Positions 1-7,242 of a stretch of 25,500 bases of DNA are shown here, piece by piece. The translations under genes were made by a program, and so were the position numbers. Below the pieces are notes generated by a model. That model made no database searches. It was not told the origin of the DNA and saw only the letters and a program-made list of their open reading frames with translations. Numbering within the stretch: the first letter of the stretch is position 1; each line of letters opens with the position of its first letter. Source of the stretch: Armatimonadota bacterium (GTDB taxonomy: Bacteria; Armatimonadota; Zipacnadia; Zipacnadales; UBA5352). The DNA lies in assembly GCA_034722055.1 (NCBI GenBank), contig JAYENL010000236.1:1-25500 (forward strand). The letters run 5' to 3'.

Positions 1-16
1 CCGGCGCGCGGCCGCC

Positions 17-45
17 CCACCCCGCTCCCCGCCGGGGGTGGTTTT
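17..45 (+). terminator. Possible weak intrinsic terminator (CCACCCC/GGGGTGG stem followed by TTTT)
   Basis: CCACCCC at 17-23 pairs with GGGGTGG at 35-41, followed by only four T. The upstream gene lies outside the window. Confidence 0.25.
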
Positions 46-64
46 GCGCCACACGACCGCAGGC

Positions 65-111
65 GGGCCGACCTCGTCCGGGCCTTCGGCCCGTCCGCGT
101 GCGGCCCCTCC
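65..111 (-). repeat. GGAG-footed REP-like hairpin (GGAG-GGGCCG...CGGCCC)
   Basis: CGGCCCCTCC at 102-111 reads GGAGGGGCCG on the minus strand, with stem partner GGGCCG at 65-70. The same foot and stem occur at 22364 and 23996. Confidence 0.4.
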
Positions 112-257
112 ACGTACGAACTCGCATCGGCCCCTCCGTGTGACCGTCCGTGAGGATCCGTCGGGCCGGCTGCGAGCCGGCCATCGCCTGGAGCGCGATT
201 ATCGCTGCAATGCTCGGGGGAGGATTCCTGCCCATACGCGGCGCACTCTGCCTCGCC

Positions 258-980
258 ATGGACCGGCGCGAGAACGCTGAGCCAACGGATCGATCCGGAG
301 CAGACGAGCCCCGGTCGGTGATGGGGCTTTTGCGAGATCCCATCGTCATCGTGGTGCTTGTGTCCACCGCCATGCTGCTGGTGGTGTACTACCATCGTGG
401 CGACTTCGGCTGGCTGCCCTTCAAGGCCCAGCGGGCTCGGCTGGGCTGGTTCGGGCTGAACTTCCTGTGCTTGTTCGTAGTACCGGCGCTGCTGACGACG
501 CTGGTGCTGAAGCGCTCGCTGGCGGACATCGGGTTCACGGTGGGGGACTGGCGGCTGTCGCTGCGCTACGCGGCGCTCTACGGGGCCGTCACCATCCCCG
601 TTGTCCTCGTCGCCTCGCGCTGGCCGTCATTCCAGGCCTACTACGGCCGGTACCTGTGGGGCCGCGAGGACATCCCCTGGCTGCTGATCTTCCACGCCGG
701 CTGGCTGGTGTATTTCTTCGCGTGGGAGTTCTTCTTCCGCGGCTTTCTGCTGCTGATGCTGGGGGAGCGCTTCGGCGCCGCGGCCATCGCCCTGCAGACC
801 ATGCCCTTCGTGATGATGCACTTCCCCAAGCCCGAGATGGAGAGCGTGGCGGCCATCGTGGCCGGCGTGGCCCTGGGCTGGTGGGCGTGGCGCACGAGGT
901 CCTTCATCGGCCCCTGGCTGCTGCACTGGGCCTGCTCGGCGGTGATGATCCTGTCCGTGCTCTTCTGGCCGGCAATGTAG
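258..980 (+). CDS. CPBP family (CAAX/Abi) intramembrane glutamic endopeptidase
   Basis: Multiple hydrophobic helices, with motifs FAWEFFFRGFL, PFVMMHFPKP and WLLHW. ATG 258 was preferred over the ORF-track start at 150; the start is uncertain. Confidence 0.85.
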   Translation: MDRRENAEPTDRSGADEPRSVMGLLRDPIVIVVLVSTAMLLVVYYHRGDFGWLPFKAQRARLGWFGLNFLCLFVVPALLTTLVLKRSLADIGFTVGDWRLSLRYAALYGAVTIPVVLVASRWPSFQAYYGRYLWGREDIPWLLIFHAGWLVYFFAWEFFFRGFLLLMLGERFGAAAIALQTMPFVMMHFPKPEMESVAAIVAGVALGWWAWRTRSFIGPWLLHWACSAVMILSVLFWPAM

Positions 981-1008
981 ACTATGAGAACGGAGGGAGC
1001 TGACGATC

Positions 1009-1779
1009 GTGGTCATTGACGCGCACGCGCATCTGACCTGGCGGGAGAATGAGGGTTGGGAGGAGCGCGACCGCAGCCTCATCGAGGCCGCGGACGCCCT
1101 GGGCATCGACCAGCTCTGCTGCTCCATCCTCACCCCGCGGCGTCCGTCCGAGCCCGAGGGCTTTCGCCAGTGCAACGAGTGGGTCAGGGACTCCATGGCC
1201 CGCTACCCTGACCGCGTCCTGGGCTACTGCTACGTCAACCCGGGCTACAGTCAGGCCGCTCTGGACGAGATCCGGCGCTGTGTCGAGGACTTCGGCTTCA
1301 TGGGCGTCAAGCTCTACAACGCCTATCGCTGCAACGAGCCCGTCGTCTGGCCCGTCGCCGAGCTGTGCATCGAGCTGGGTGTGCCGATCCTGCAGCACGC
1401 CGGCCACAGCCACTACTACAACGAGCAGCAGCCGCGCATCTCCGGCGGCGAGATGATTGCGGAGCTGGCCAATCGCTATCCCGAGCTGATGATCATCTGC
1501 GGGCACCTCGGGGGCGGAGGGGACTGGGAGTGGGCCATCAAGGCCCTCCGCTCGGCGCCCACGGCCTACGCCGACACCTCCGGCAGCGTCGTGGACGAGG
1601 GCCTCATCGAGATGGCCGTCGAGACCATGGGCGCCGACCGGCTGCTGTTCGCCTGCGACATGTCGATGACCGCCGGCATGGGCAAGCTGCGCGGGGCGCA
1701 GATCAGCGATGAGGACCGCGGGAAGATCCTGGGCGGCAACATGCAGCGCATCCTGGCGCAGAGGGGTGAGGCGCAGTGA
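1009..1779 (+). CDS. Amidohydrolase family protein (Amidohydro_2 type TIM barrel) with metal ligands intact
   Basis: Motifs IDAHAH, GVKLY, LQHAG, ICGHLGG and LFACD. SD GGAGGGAG precedes GTG 1009. Confidence 0.9.
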   Translation: MVIDAHAHLTWRENEGWEERDRSLIEAADALGIDQLCCSILTPRRPSEPEGFRQCNEWVRDSMARYPDRVLGYCYVNPGYSQAALDEIRRCVEDFGFMGVKLYNAYRCNEPVVWPVAELCIELGVPILQHAGHSHYYNEQQPRISGGEMIAELANRYPELMIICGHLGGGGDWEWAIKALRSAPTAYADTSGSVVDEGLIEMAVETMGADRLLFACDMSMTAGMGKLRGAQISDEDRGKILGGNMQRILAQRGEAQ

Positions 1780-2561
1780 TCATCGACCTGAACGCCTACC
1801 ACGGACACTGGCCCTTCCGGCGGCTCCGGCACAATGATGCGGACGGTCTGCTGGCGCTGATGGACCGTGCCGGCATCGACCGCGCCTGCGTCTCCAGCGC
1901 CTCCGCCATCTTCTACAAGAACTCCCAGGCCGGCAACGAGGAGCTGGCCGAGGACATCGCGGACCATCGCGACCGCCTCATTCCATTCGCGGTCATCAAC
2001 CCCACCTACGCCGACTGGGAGCATGACCTGCAGGTGTGCGTGGAGGACCTGGGCGCCCGGGGCCTGCGCCTCTACCCGAACTACCACGACTACTCGCTGG
2101 GCGACGCCGCCTGCAACGATCTCGTGGCCGCCGCCACCGAGCACGGCCTGCTCCTCTCCATCCCCATCCGGCAGATCGATCAGCGCCAGCGCCACTGGCT
2201 GCTGGAGATCCCGGACGTGGCGCTGGGCGAGGTGGAGGAGCTGGTCGGCCGCCATCCTGACGCCCGCTTCGCGCTGCTCAACGGCATCGGCTTCGTGGGC
2301 TCGCGCCTCGGCCAGGCGGACAATGAGCTGCCCGACAACTACGTCGTGGGCATTTCGCGACTCACCGCGCTGATGGCCAGTGAGGTCCGCCAGCTTCTGG
2401 ACAACCTGGGACCGGAGCGGGTGGCCTTCGGCTCGGGCATGCCCTTCAAGTACCCGGAGCCGGCGCTGCTGAAGGTCGAGGTGTTGGAGGCCACTGAGGA
2501 CGAGAAGCAGGGGATCCGCGCGGGCAACGCCGCGCGGCTGCTGGGGCTGGACGAGGGCTGA
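1776..2561 (+). CDS. Amidohydrolase-fold protein with degenerate metal-binding motifs
   Basis: Motifs IIDLNAYHGHWPF, GLRLYPNYH, PDARFALLNG and VAFGSGMP. Its start overlaps the upstream stop (GTGA 1776-1779). Confidence 0.88.
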   Translation: MIIDLNAYHGHWPFRRLRHNDADGLLALMDRAGIDRACVSSASAIFYKNSQAGNEELAEDIADHRDRLIPFAVINPTYADWEHDLQVCVEDLGARGLRLYPNYHDYSLGDAACNDLVAAATEHGLLLSIPIRQIDQRQRHWLLEIPDVALGEVEELVGRHPDARFALLNGIGFVGSRLGQADNELPDNYVVGISRLTALMASEVRQLLDNLGPERVAFGSGMPFKYPEPALLKVEVLEATEDEKQGIRAGNAARLLGLDEG

Positions 2562-2613
2562 GCGCCTGGCGCGGGCGGCCGCGCCGCTGGACGTCGGGTG
2601 TGCGGCCGCTCAC

Positions 2614-3606
2614 TCACATCCTCTGGAGGATCACCACGAACTGGTGGTGGATGTTGGCGACGAAGGCGTGGGGGATGCCCAGCGGATAGAGGTTCTTGCT
2701 GTCCTGCACCAGCACGGTGAGGCCCTTGAGCTGCAGGTCCGGGTTCTGGTCCTCGATCAGCCGCGCGATGTCGGCGTGGTAGAGGTGAAACTGCGGCCCG
2801 TGGCGGAAGTCAGACACGATCACGCACATGTACCGCCGCTCTCGCAGCAGCCGGGCGCACTGCTGAAAGACCTGTCCCAGCTCGCCGAGGAACTCCTCGT
2901 AGCTCTCGATGTTCCCAAGGTCGTCCGCGTCCTCGCTGTAGTGGGTGGGCAGCCCGCGGCTGGTGCGCTCGGCGGCGGTCTTCTCCCCGTTCTTGCGCAG
3001 GATCCGCCAGTACGGGGGGCTGGTGACTACGAAGTCGAAGCTCTCGTCGGGCAGCTCCGCCAGCACCTCCCGGGCGTCGCCGAAGAGGATGACCTGGTCC
3101 CCTTCGTCCGAGGCCGCCAGGGCCTCATTCGGCTCGACCGCGCGCCCGCCGATACCCTCGCCGGCAAGCCGCTTGGCGGCCACCTCCGCCCAGCGGTAGA
3201 TCAGCTCCACGCCCACCCCGACTCTCTGCTCAGCCGCGCAGGCCAGCAGCGTGGAGCCCGTGCCCAGGAAGGGGTCCAGCACCCGCTCGCCGCTCCTGGT
3301 GAAGAAGCGGATCAGCCGCGCGATGTCGCGCTCTGAGAAGGTGGCCGGATGGCTGGCCTTCAGCTCATCGCGCGGCGGTGCAATCGACTCCAGCACGCTG
3401 GACTTGAGCTGACCGAGCATCTCGCACGCCCGCTGCTCGCCCACCTCCTCCTCCAGCCAGCGCCCGAAGCGCTCTATCAGCTCCGGCTCCAGCCACCCGG
3501 CCAGCTCCTCCTCGCACTCCGACCGCCAGAAGCTCTTGGTCTCGATGAGCCACTGGCGGTTGCTCAGCTCGTTCAGCACGTTGCGGGGGTCCACGCTCTC
3601 GTTCAC
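2614..3606 (-). CDS. Orphan amino-DNA methyltransferase (N4-cytosine/N6-adenine family, SPPY catalytic motif)
   Basis: HPATF, then VLDPFLGTGST (motif I), then VVTSPPYW (motif IV). GTG start at 3606 has AGAGGGG upstream on the minus strand. Confidence 0.88.
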   Translation of the reverse strand: MNESVDPRNVLNELSNRQWLIETKSFWRSECEEELAGWLEPELIERFGRWLEEEVGEQRACEMLGQLKSSVLESIAPPRDELKASHPATFSERDIARLIRFFTRSGERVLDPFLGTGSTLLACAAEQRVGVGVELIYRWAEVAAKRLAGEGIGGRAVEPNEALAASDEGDQVILFGDAREVLAELPDESFDFVVTSPPYWRILRKNGEKTAAERTSRGLPTHYSEDADDLGNIESYEEFLGELGQVFQQCARLLRERRYMCVIVSDFRHGPQFHLYHADIARLIEDQNPDLQLKGLTVLVQDSKNLYPLGIPHAFVANIHHQFVVILQRM

Positions 3607-3789
3607 TGGCAGCCTGCCCCTCTGCTCTGTTGTGGGACTTCGAGCGCTGCTTTCGCCGCGTGGGACGCGGCCACCTTGTGCCGGTGGCCGGAGGGCATGA
3701 GGCAGGTGGCGGCGAAATGCGTGACGGGCGGGCCTCACGGTCCGTGCACCCTCCGGCCTGCTCGGAAACCGCTCGGGGAGGAAGACTCG

Positions 3790-5418
3790 ATGGCGCCACG
3801 TCGTGCCGGCCGCAGCGCGGGAGTCCGCATCCTGCTCGGCCTCGCCCGCGTCCTGGCGACCGTGGTCATAGCCGTGGCCGCCAGCGCCGCGCTGGCCGAC
3901 CTGGACCTCCGCCCGGTGGACTTCCCGCGGATCCTGCCGGTGATCCTCACCGGCGAGGCCATCCTGTACATCCTGGTCCTGGGCGGCGGAGCAGTTGCCG
4001 GACCGGTGCTGCTGCTGACGGTCGCGGTGGCCTTCGCGCTGCGCTTCGGTATCGCCGTGGCCACGGCGGTAGTCTCGCCGCGTGGCGGAGGCGAGCTGAT
4101 GGCCGGGGCGCAGTTCTACTGGGCGTCCTACTGGCCGGCAGCGGCGGCGCAGGTGCTGCTGGTGACCCTCCTGCTGCGGCTGATCAAGCCGCTTATCGCT
4201 CGCAGGCGGCGGCGCCCGCGGCCCCGGCGGACTCCCGAGCCCGCCGAGGAGGTCGATGAGGAGCGTCGGGAGCTCATCCTGGCGACTCTGGAGGAGGCCC
4301 CGGACGAGCCCCCCGAGCGCCCCACCGCGCTGGAGGAGCAGCAGATCGGCGACCTCTCCGAGGTGGCCGAGCCGCCCGCGGAGCCGGAGGAGGAGGTCGC
4401 CCAGGAGCTTGTCCTGCCCTTCGACGAGGAGACCCCGGAGCCGGCGGAGGCCGCTGCGGCGGAAGAGGCGGCGCCCGAGCCGAGCGAGGAGGAGCCCGAG
4501 GCCGCGGAGGAGGCGGCTCCGCCGGAGGAGGTATCCGAGCGGCCGACCCCTGTCGAGGACACTGCGACGCTGGAGCCGGTGGCGCCGGAGGAGCCCGTGG
4601 CAGGGGTCGCTGACCTGCCGCCTCCCGAGAACCTGCAGGAGATGACGGACGTCATCTCACGTGTTGCCGGCGATGATATCGACGTGCGCGTGTGGGCCAC
4701 CCGGGACGGCCGCACCGTGCTGGCTGCAGTGCCCGCCGCGGCGCCCGCGGCGGGCCCCGCAGACCAGGCCGACGGCCTCGTCCGGGCCCATCTGCATCTC
4801 TGCCGGTGGCTGCGCCTGGACGCCACCAGCGGGCACCTGGGCGCCACGGACCTTGGCGCCTACGCCCTGCAAGCTCTCGACGAGCAGGCCGCGGTCCTGC
4901 TGCTGATGGCCGCACAGGGCGAGGCGGCCGCCGGCCGAGTGGCGCTGGCCGCTGATCGGGCTGCAGACGCGCTCCGATCCATCGCGAAGCCAGCCCAGGC
5001 GCCCGGGCAAGACCTCGCTCCACCGGAGCGTGAGTCCCTGGCGCCGGATGCCGAACTGGCCGCGGTCATCAACGACGCCTCGCTGGCCGAGGGCGGCTTT
5101 CTGGCAGACGGCTGGGAGTGCTATCGGACCGCCGACGGCCGCCCGGTGGCGGCCGCCGCGCCGGTGGGGATCGACGCGGAGAATCTCGTTCATCTGGCCG
5201 CCGACGCCGCCGGGCGCCTGGAAGAGTTCGCTGACGCTGTGGCGCTGGGAGCGCCTCGCTGGCTGACGGTGCGGGCGCCTCGCTCGGCAGTGGTGCTGAC
5301 CTGGCACCGGTTGGGCGGCGAGCGCCTGCTGCTGGCAGCGGTGACTGACGGCTCGGGGGCCATCGCGCGCACCCGCTGGGAGATGCAGCGCACTGCCGTC
5401 CGGGCCGGCGCGCAATGA
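3790..5418 (+). CDS. Membrane protein: about 4 N-terminal TM helices, acidic Glu/Pro/Ala linker, two C-terminal Roadblock/LC7 (MglB)-like domains
   Basis: ATG 3790 follows GGGGAGGAAG. The hydrophobic N-terminus is followed by RRRRRPRPRR and an E/P/A-rich linker. Two ~120-aa repeats contain ATRDGRTVLA and RTADGRPVAA and end in LLLxA...G helices. The domain call is by eye. Confidence 0.75.
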   Translation: MAPRRAGRSAGVRILLGLARVLATVVIAVAASAALADLDLRPVDFPRILPVILTGEAILYILVLGGGAVAGPVLLLTVAVAFALRFGIAVATAVVSPRGGGELMAGAQFYWASYWPAAAAQVLLVTLLLRLIKPLIARRRRRPRPRRTPEPAEEVDEERRELILATLEEAPDEPPERPTALEEQQIGDLSEVAEPPAEPEEEVAQELVLPFDEETPEPAEAAAAEEAAPEPSEEEPEAAEEAAPPEEVSERPTPVEDTATLEPVAPEEPVAGVADLPPPENLQEMTDVISRVAGDDIDVRVWATRDGRTVLAAVPAAAPAAGPADQADGLVRAHLHLCRWLRLDATSGHLGATDLGAYALQALDEQAAVLLLMAAQGEAAAGRVALAADRAADALRSIAKPAQAPGQDLAPPERESLAPDAELAAVINDASLAEGGFLADGWECYRTADGRPVAAAAPVGIDAENLVHLAADAAGRLEEFADAVALGAPRWLTVRAPRSAVVLTWHRLGGERLLLAAVTDGSGAIARTRWEMQRTAVRAGAQ

Positions 5419-5442
5419 TGTGAGACGGGAGAGCATGTCCTC

Positions 5443-5619
5443 GTGAGTCGAATCATCAAGTGGTTCCATGAGATCGCGCGGAGAATCCGCCTCTGGTGGG
5501 TGGCCGTGAACGCCCCCGGGCGCTTCCTGTGCGACTCGTGTCGTTATGACTACCGGGATGTCTGCAAGCGCCCCGAGCGGCCCAACGCCACGCGCTGCGA
5601 GGACTACGAGCCGCGCTGA
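5443..5619 (+). CDS. Small 58-aa protein with a four-Cys motif (putative Zn/Fe binding), absent from the ORF track
   Basis: Translation MSRIIKWFHEIARRIRLWWVAVNAPGRFLCDSCRYDYRDVCKRPERPNATRCEDYEPR. SD GGGAGAG at 5427-5433, GC-rich third codon positions, and it fills the gap between two co-oriented genes. Confidence 0.8.
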   Translation: MSRIIKWFHEIARRIRLWWVAVNAPGRFLCDSCRYDYRDVCKRPERPNATRCEDYEPR

Positions 5620-5664
5620 GAGCCCGCAGGGGGCCGTTGTTCACGGGTGAGGAGAGGCAGGCTC

Positions 5665-6315
5665 ATGATCGTTGCGCCGTCAATGCTGGTGGCCGACTTC
5701 GCGAGGCTGGGTGAGGAGGCGCGGGCGCTTGAGGAGGCCGGCGCCGACTGGCTGCACTGGGATGTCATGGACGGTCACTTCGTCCCCAACCTCACCCACG
5801 GCGCGCTCCCCATGGCCGCCTGCCGGGAGCTCTCGAGCCTCACCTTCAACGCCCATCTGATGATCTCCCAGCCCCTGCGCTACCTCGCCGACTTCGTGGA
5901 CGGGGGCGCCGACATCATCGCCGCGCACATCGAGGCCGAGGACGACGTCCGACAGTTCCTGGAGGCGGTCCGCGAGGCCGGCCGGCGGCCGGCGCTGGCC
6001 GTCAACCCCGACACTCCCGCCGCCGACATCGAGCAGCTTCTGCCGTTGTGCGACATGATCACCGTCATGGGTGTGCATCCCGGCTTCGCGGGGCAACAGT
6101 TCATCGAGGGGACGGTCGAGAAGACCGCGGAGGTCCGGGCCATGATCGATGACCTCGGCCGCCAGGTGCACATCCAGGTGGATGGCGGCGTGGGCACCGA
6201 CAACATGGCGCGGCTGTGCGCGGCCGGCGCGGATGTCATCGTCTCCGGCTCCTTCGTCCTCCGGCACCCCGACGGCTACGCCACGGCCATCCGCCAGCTC
6301 CGCGAGCTGGGCTGA
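5665..6315 (+). CDS. rpe: Ribulose-phosphate 3-epimerase
   Basis: Motifs IVAPSMLVADF, LHWDVMDGHFVPNLT, HLMI, VMGVHPGFAGQQF, QVDGGV and GADVIVSGS. SD GAGGAG lies before ATG 5665. Confidence 0.96.
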   Translation: MIVAPSMLVADFARLGEEARALEEAGADWLHWDVMDGHFVPNLTHGALPMAACRELSSLTFNAHLMISQPLRYLADFVDGGADIIAAHIEAEDDVRQFLEAVREAGRRPALAVNPDTPAADIEQLLPLCDMITVMGVHPGFAGQQFIEGTVEKTAEVRAMIDDLGRQVHIQVDGGVGTDNMARLCAAGADVIVSGSFVLRHPDGYATAIRQLRELG

Positions 6316-6408
6316 CCGCAGGCCGCATGCGCGTGCGCCTGCGAGCTCGGCGGCGCTGCTGACGGATGCCACGACGGATTCCCCCTCAGTGCCCAGCCCT
6401 CCGCGCAA

Positions 6409-6451
6409 CCCACAAACCCTTGGTTCACCCGGCTGTGCCCCGTCTCTCCCC
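6409..6451 (-). promoter_or_regulatory. Inverted array of phased GGG boxes resembling the mraZ operator (possible auxiliary MraZ site)
   Basis: The minus strand of 6423-6441, GGGGCACAGCCGGGTGAAC, matches plus-strand 6707-6725, GGGGCACACTTGGGTGAAG, at 15 of 19 positions. CCC occurs at 6428, 6438 and 6448. Confidence 0.5.
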
Positions 6452-6674
6452 GGCGCTCGACACCAACTGTCCCAGCCCCTCCGTGTGCTCTAGTCCGTGA
6501 GCTGATGGCCTCCGCGACTTCCAGGCTACATAATCGCCCGAATCGCCCGAGAATGCCCTCTACTGGCGCGAGGTTGGTTTCCGCAGAGCTCAGGGAAGCG
6601 CCGCTCTCACCTCCCTCCGCCCATCCCCGCCATCTGCAAGCGCACGCTCCGCCCGGACTTTTCCCCTGGAATCC

Positions 6675-6703
6675 TTGACACCGGCTGGGGTGAAAGCTAT
6701 ACT
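6675..6703 (+). promoter_or_regulatory. sigma70-type promoter of the dcw operon
   Basis: TTGACA (6675-6680), a 17-nt spacer, then TATACT (6698-6703), 68 nt before mraZ. Confidence 0.88.
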
Positions 6704-6750
6704 ATTGGGGCACACTTGGGTGAAGCTGGGCTGAATAGGGTCTTAGCGGG
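6686..6750 (+). promoter_or_regulatory. MraZ-binding direct repeats (dcw boxes)
   Basis: GGG ends at 6690, 6710, 6720, 6730, 6740 and 6750, an exact 10-nt phase. This matches the known TGGGN-type MraZ repeats overlapping mraZ promoters. Confidence 0.8.
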
Positions 6751-6771
6751 AGAAGATTCTGAGAGGCTGCG

Positions 6772-7242
6772 ATGGAGCCGGAGCTGGAGGGGGCAAGCGT
6801 CAATCCGGTCGATGCCTCGGGGAGAATCACTCTCCGGGATCATCAGGTGGAGGAGCTTGAGAACTCCGTCATCCTCACCCAGGGCTTCGATGAGAACCTT
6901 CTCATGTTCACGCCGGAGCAGTGGCCGGCCTTCCGCAAGCGCATCGTGGGCGGCGGTGAGATGGACCCGGACATGGATGACCTGCGCCGCCTGTTCATCG
7001 CTCCGGCAACCACCGTCAGCCTCGACGATCGCGGCCGGCTGAAGGTTCCTGAGAACCTGCGGGGCTGGGCCGGTCTCAAGCCCGGCACCTCCCGGGCGGT
7101 CGTGCTGAACATCGGCACCCGGTTTGAGATCTGGGAGGAGGCCCACTACCGGCAGTACATGAGGAACCGGTCCCCGGAGCTCAAGGAGGTCGCTCGCCGG
7201 CGCTTCGGCAGCCGGCCCGAGGAGGCATCGGCGGAGGTGTGA
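6772..7242 (+). CDS. mraZ: Division/cell wall cluster transcriptional repressor MraZ
   Basis: Two SpoVT/AbrB-type repeats (VDASGRITL...TQGFDENL and LDDRGRLKVPENLR...GTRFEIW), at the first position of the dcw cluster. Confidence 0.93.
   Translation: MEPELEGASVNPVDASGRITLRDHQVEELENSVILTQGFDENLLMFTPEQWPAFRKRIVGGGEMDPDMDDLRRLFIAPATTVSLDDRGRLKVPENLRGWAGLKPGTSRAVVLNIGTRFEIWEEAHYRQYMRNRSPELKEVARRRFGSRPEEASAEV

Noticed and set aside
1..127. Minus-strand ATG at 127 with GGAGGGG upstream, open to the window edge
   Set aside because: The translation (MRVRTWRGRTRTGRRPGRG...) is low-complexity, and the apparent SD is the same GGAGGGGCCG motif as the REP-like family. It cannot be supported from the window alone.
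3349..3789. N-terminal extension of the 689-aa ORF-track protein
   Set aside because: It overlaps the methyltransferase on the opposite strand, and ATG 3790 has a clear SD.
5416..5445. TGA read-through or selenocysteine fusion of the Roadblock gene with the in-frame small Cys ORF
   Set aside because: The two are in frame (TGA TGT ... GTG), but there is no convincing SECIS hairpin, the small ORF has its own SD, and same-frame placement happens by chance one time in three.
5845..5862. Rpe FNAHLM instead of DxHLM as a sign of inactivation
   Set aside because: The catalytic and metal residues (HxD, H, and the D of VDGG) are all present.
6655..6674. TTCCCC-containing segment resembling the loop of the actinobacterial mraW RNA motif
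   Set aside because: It lies upstream of the -35 box rather than in the rsmH leader, and has no substantial stem.
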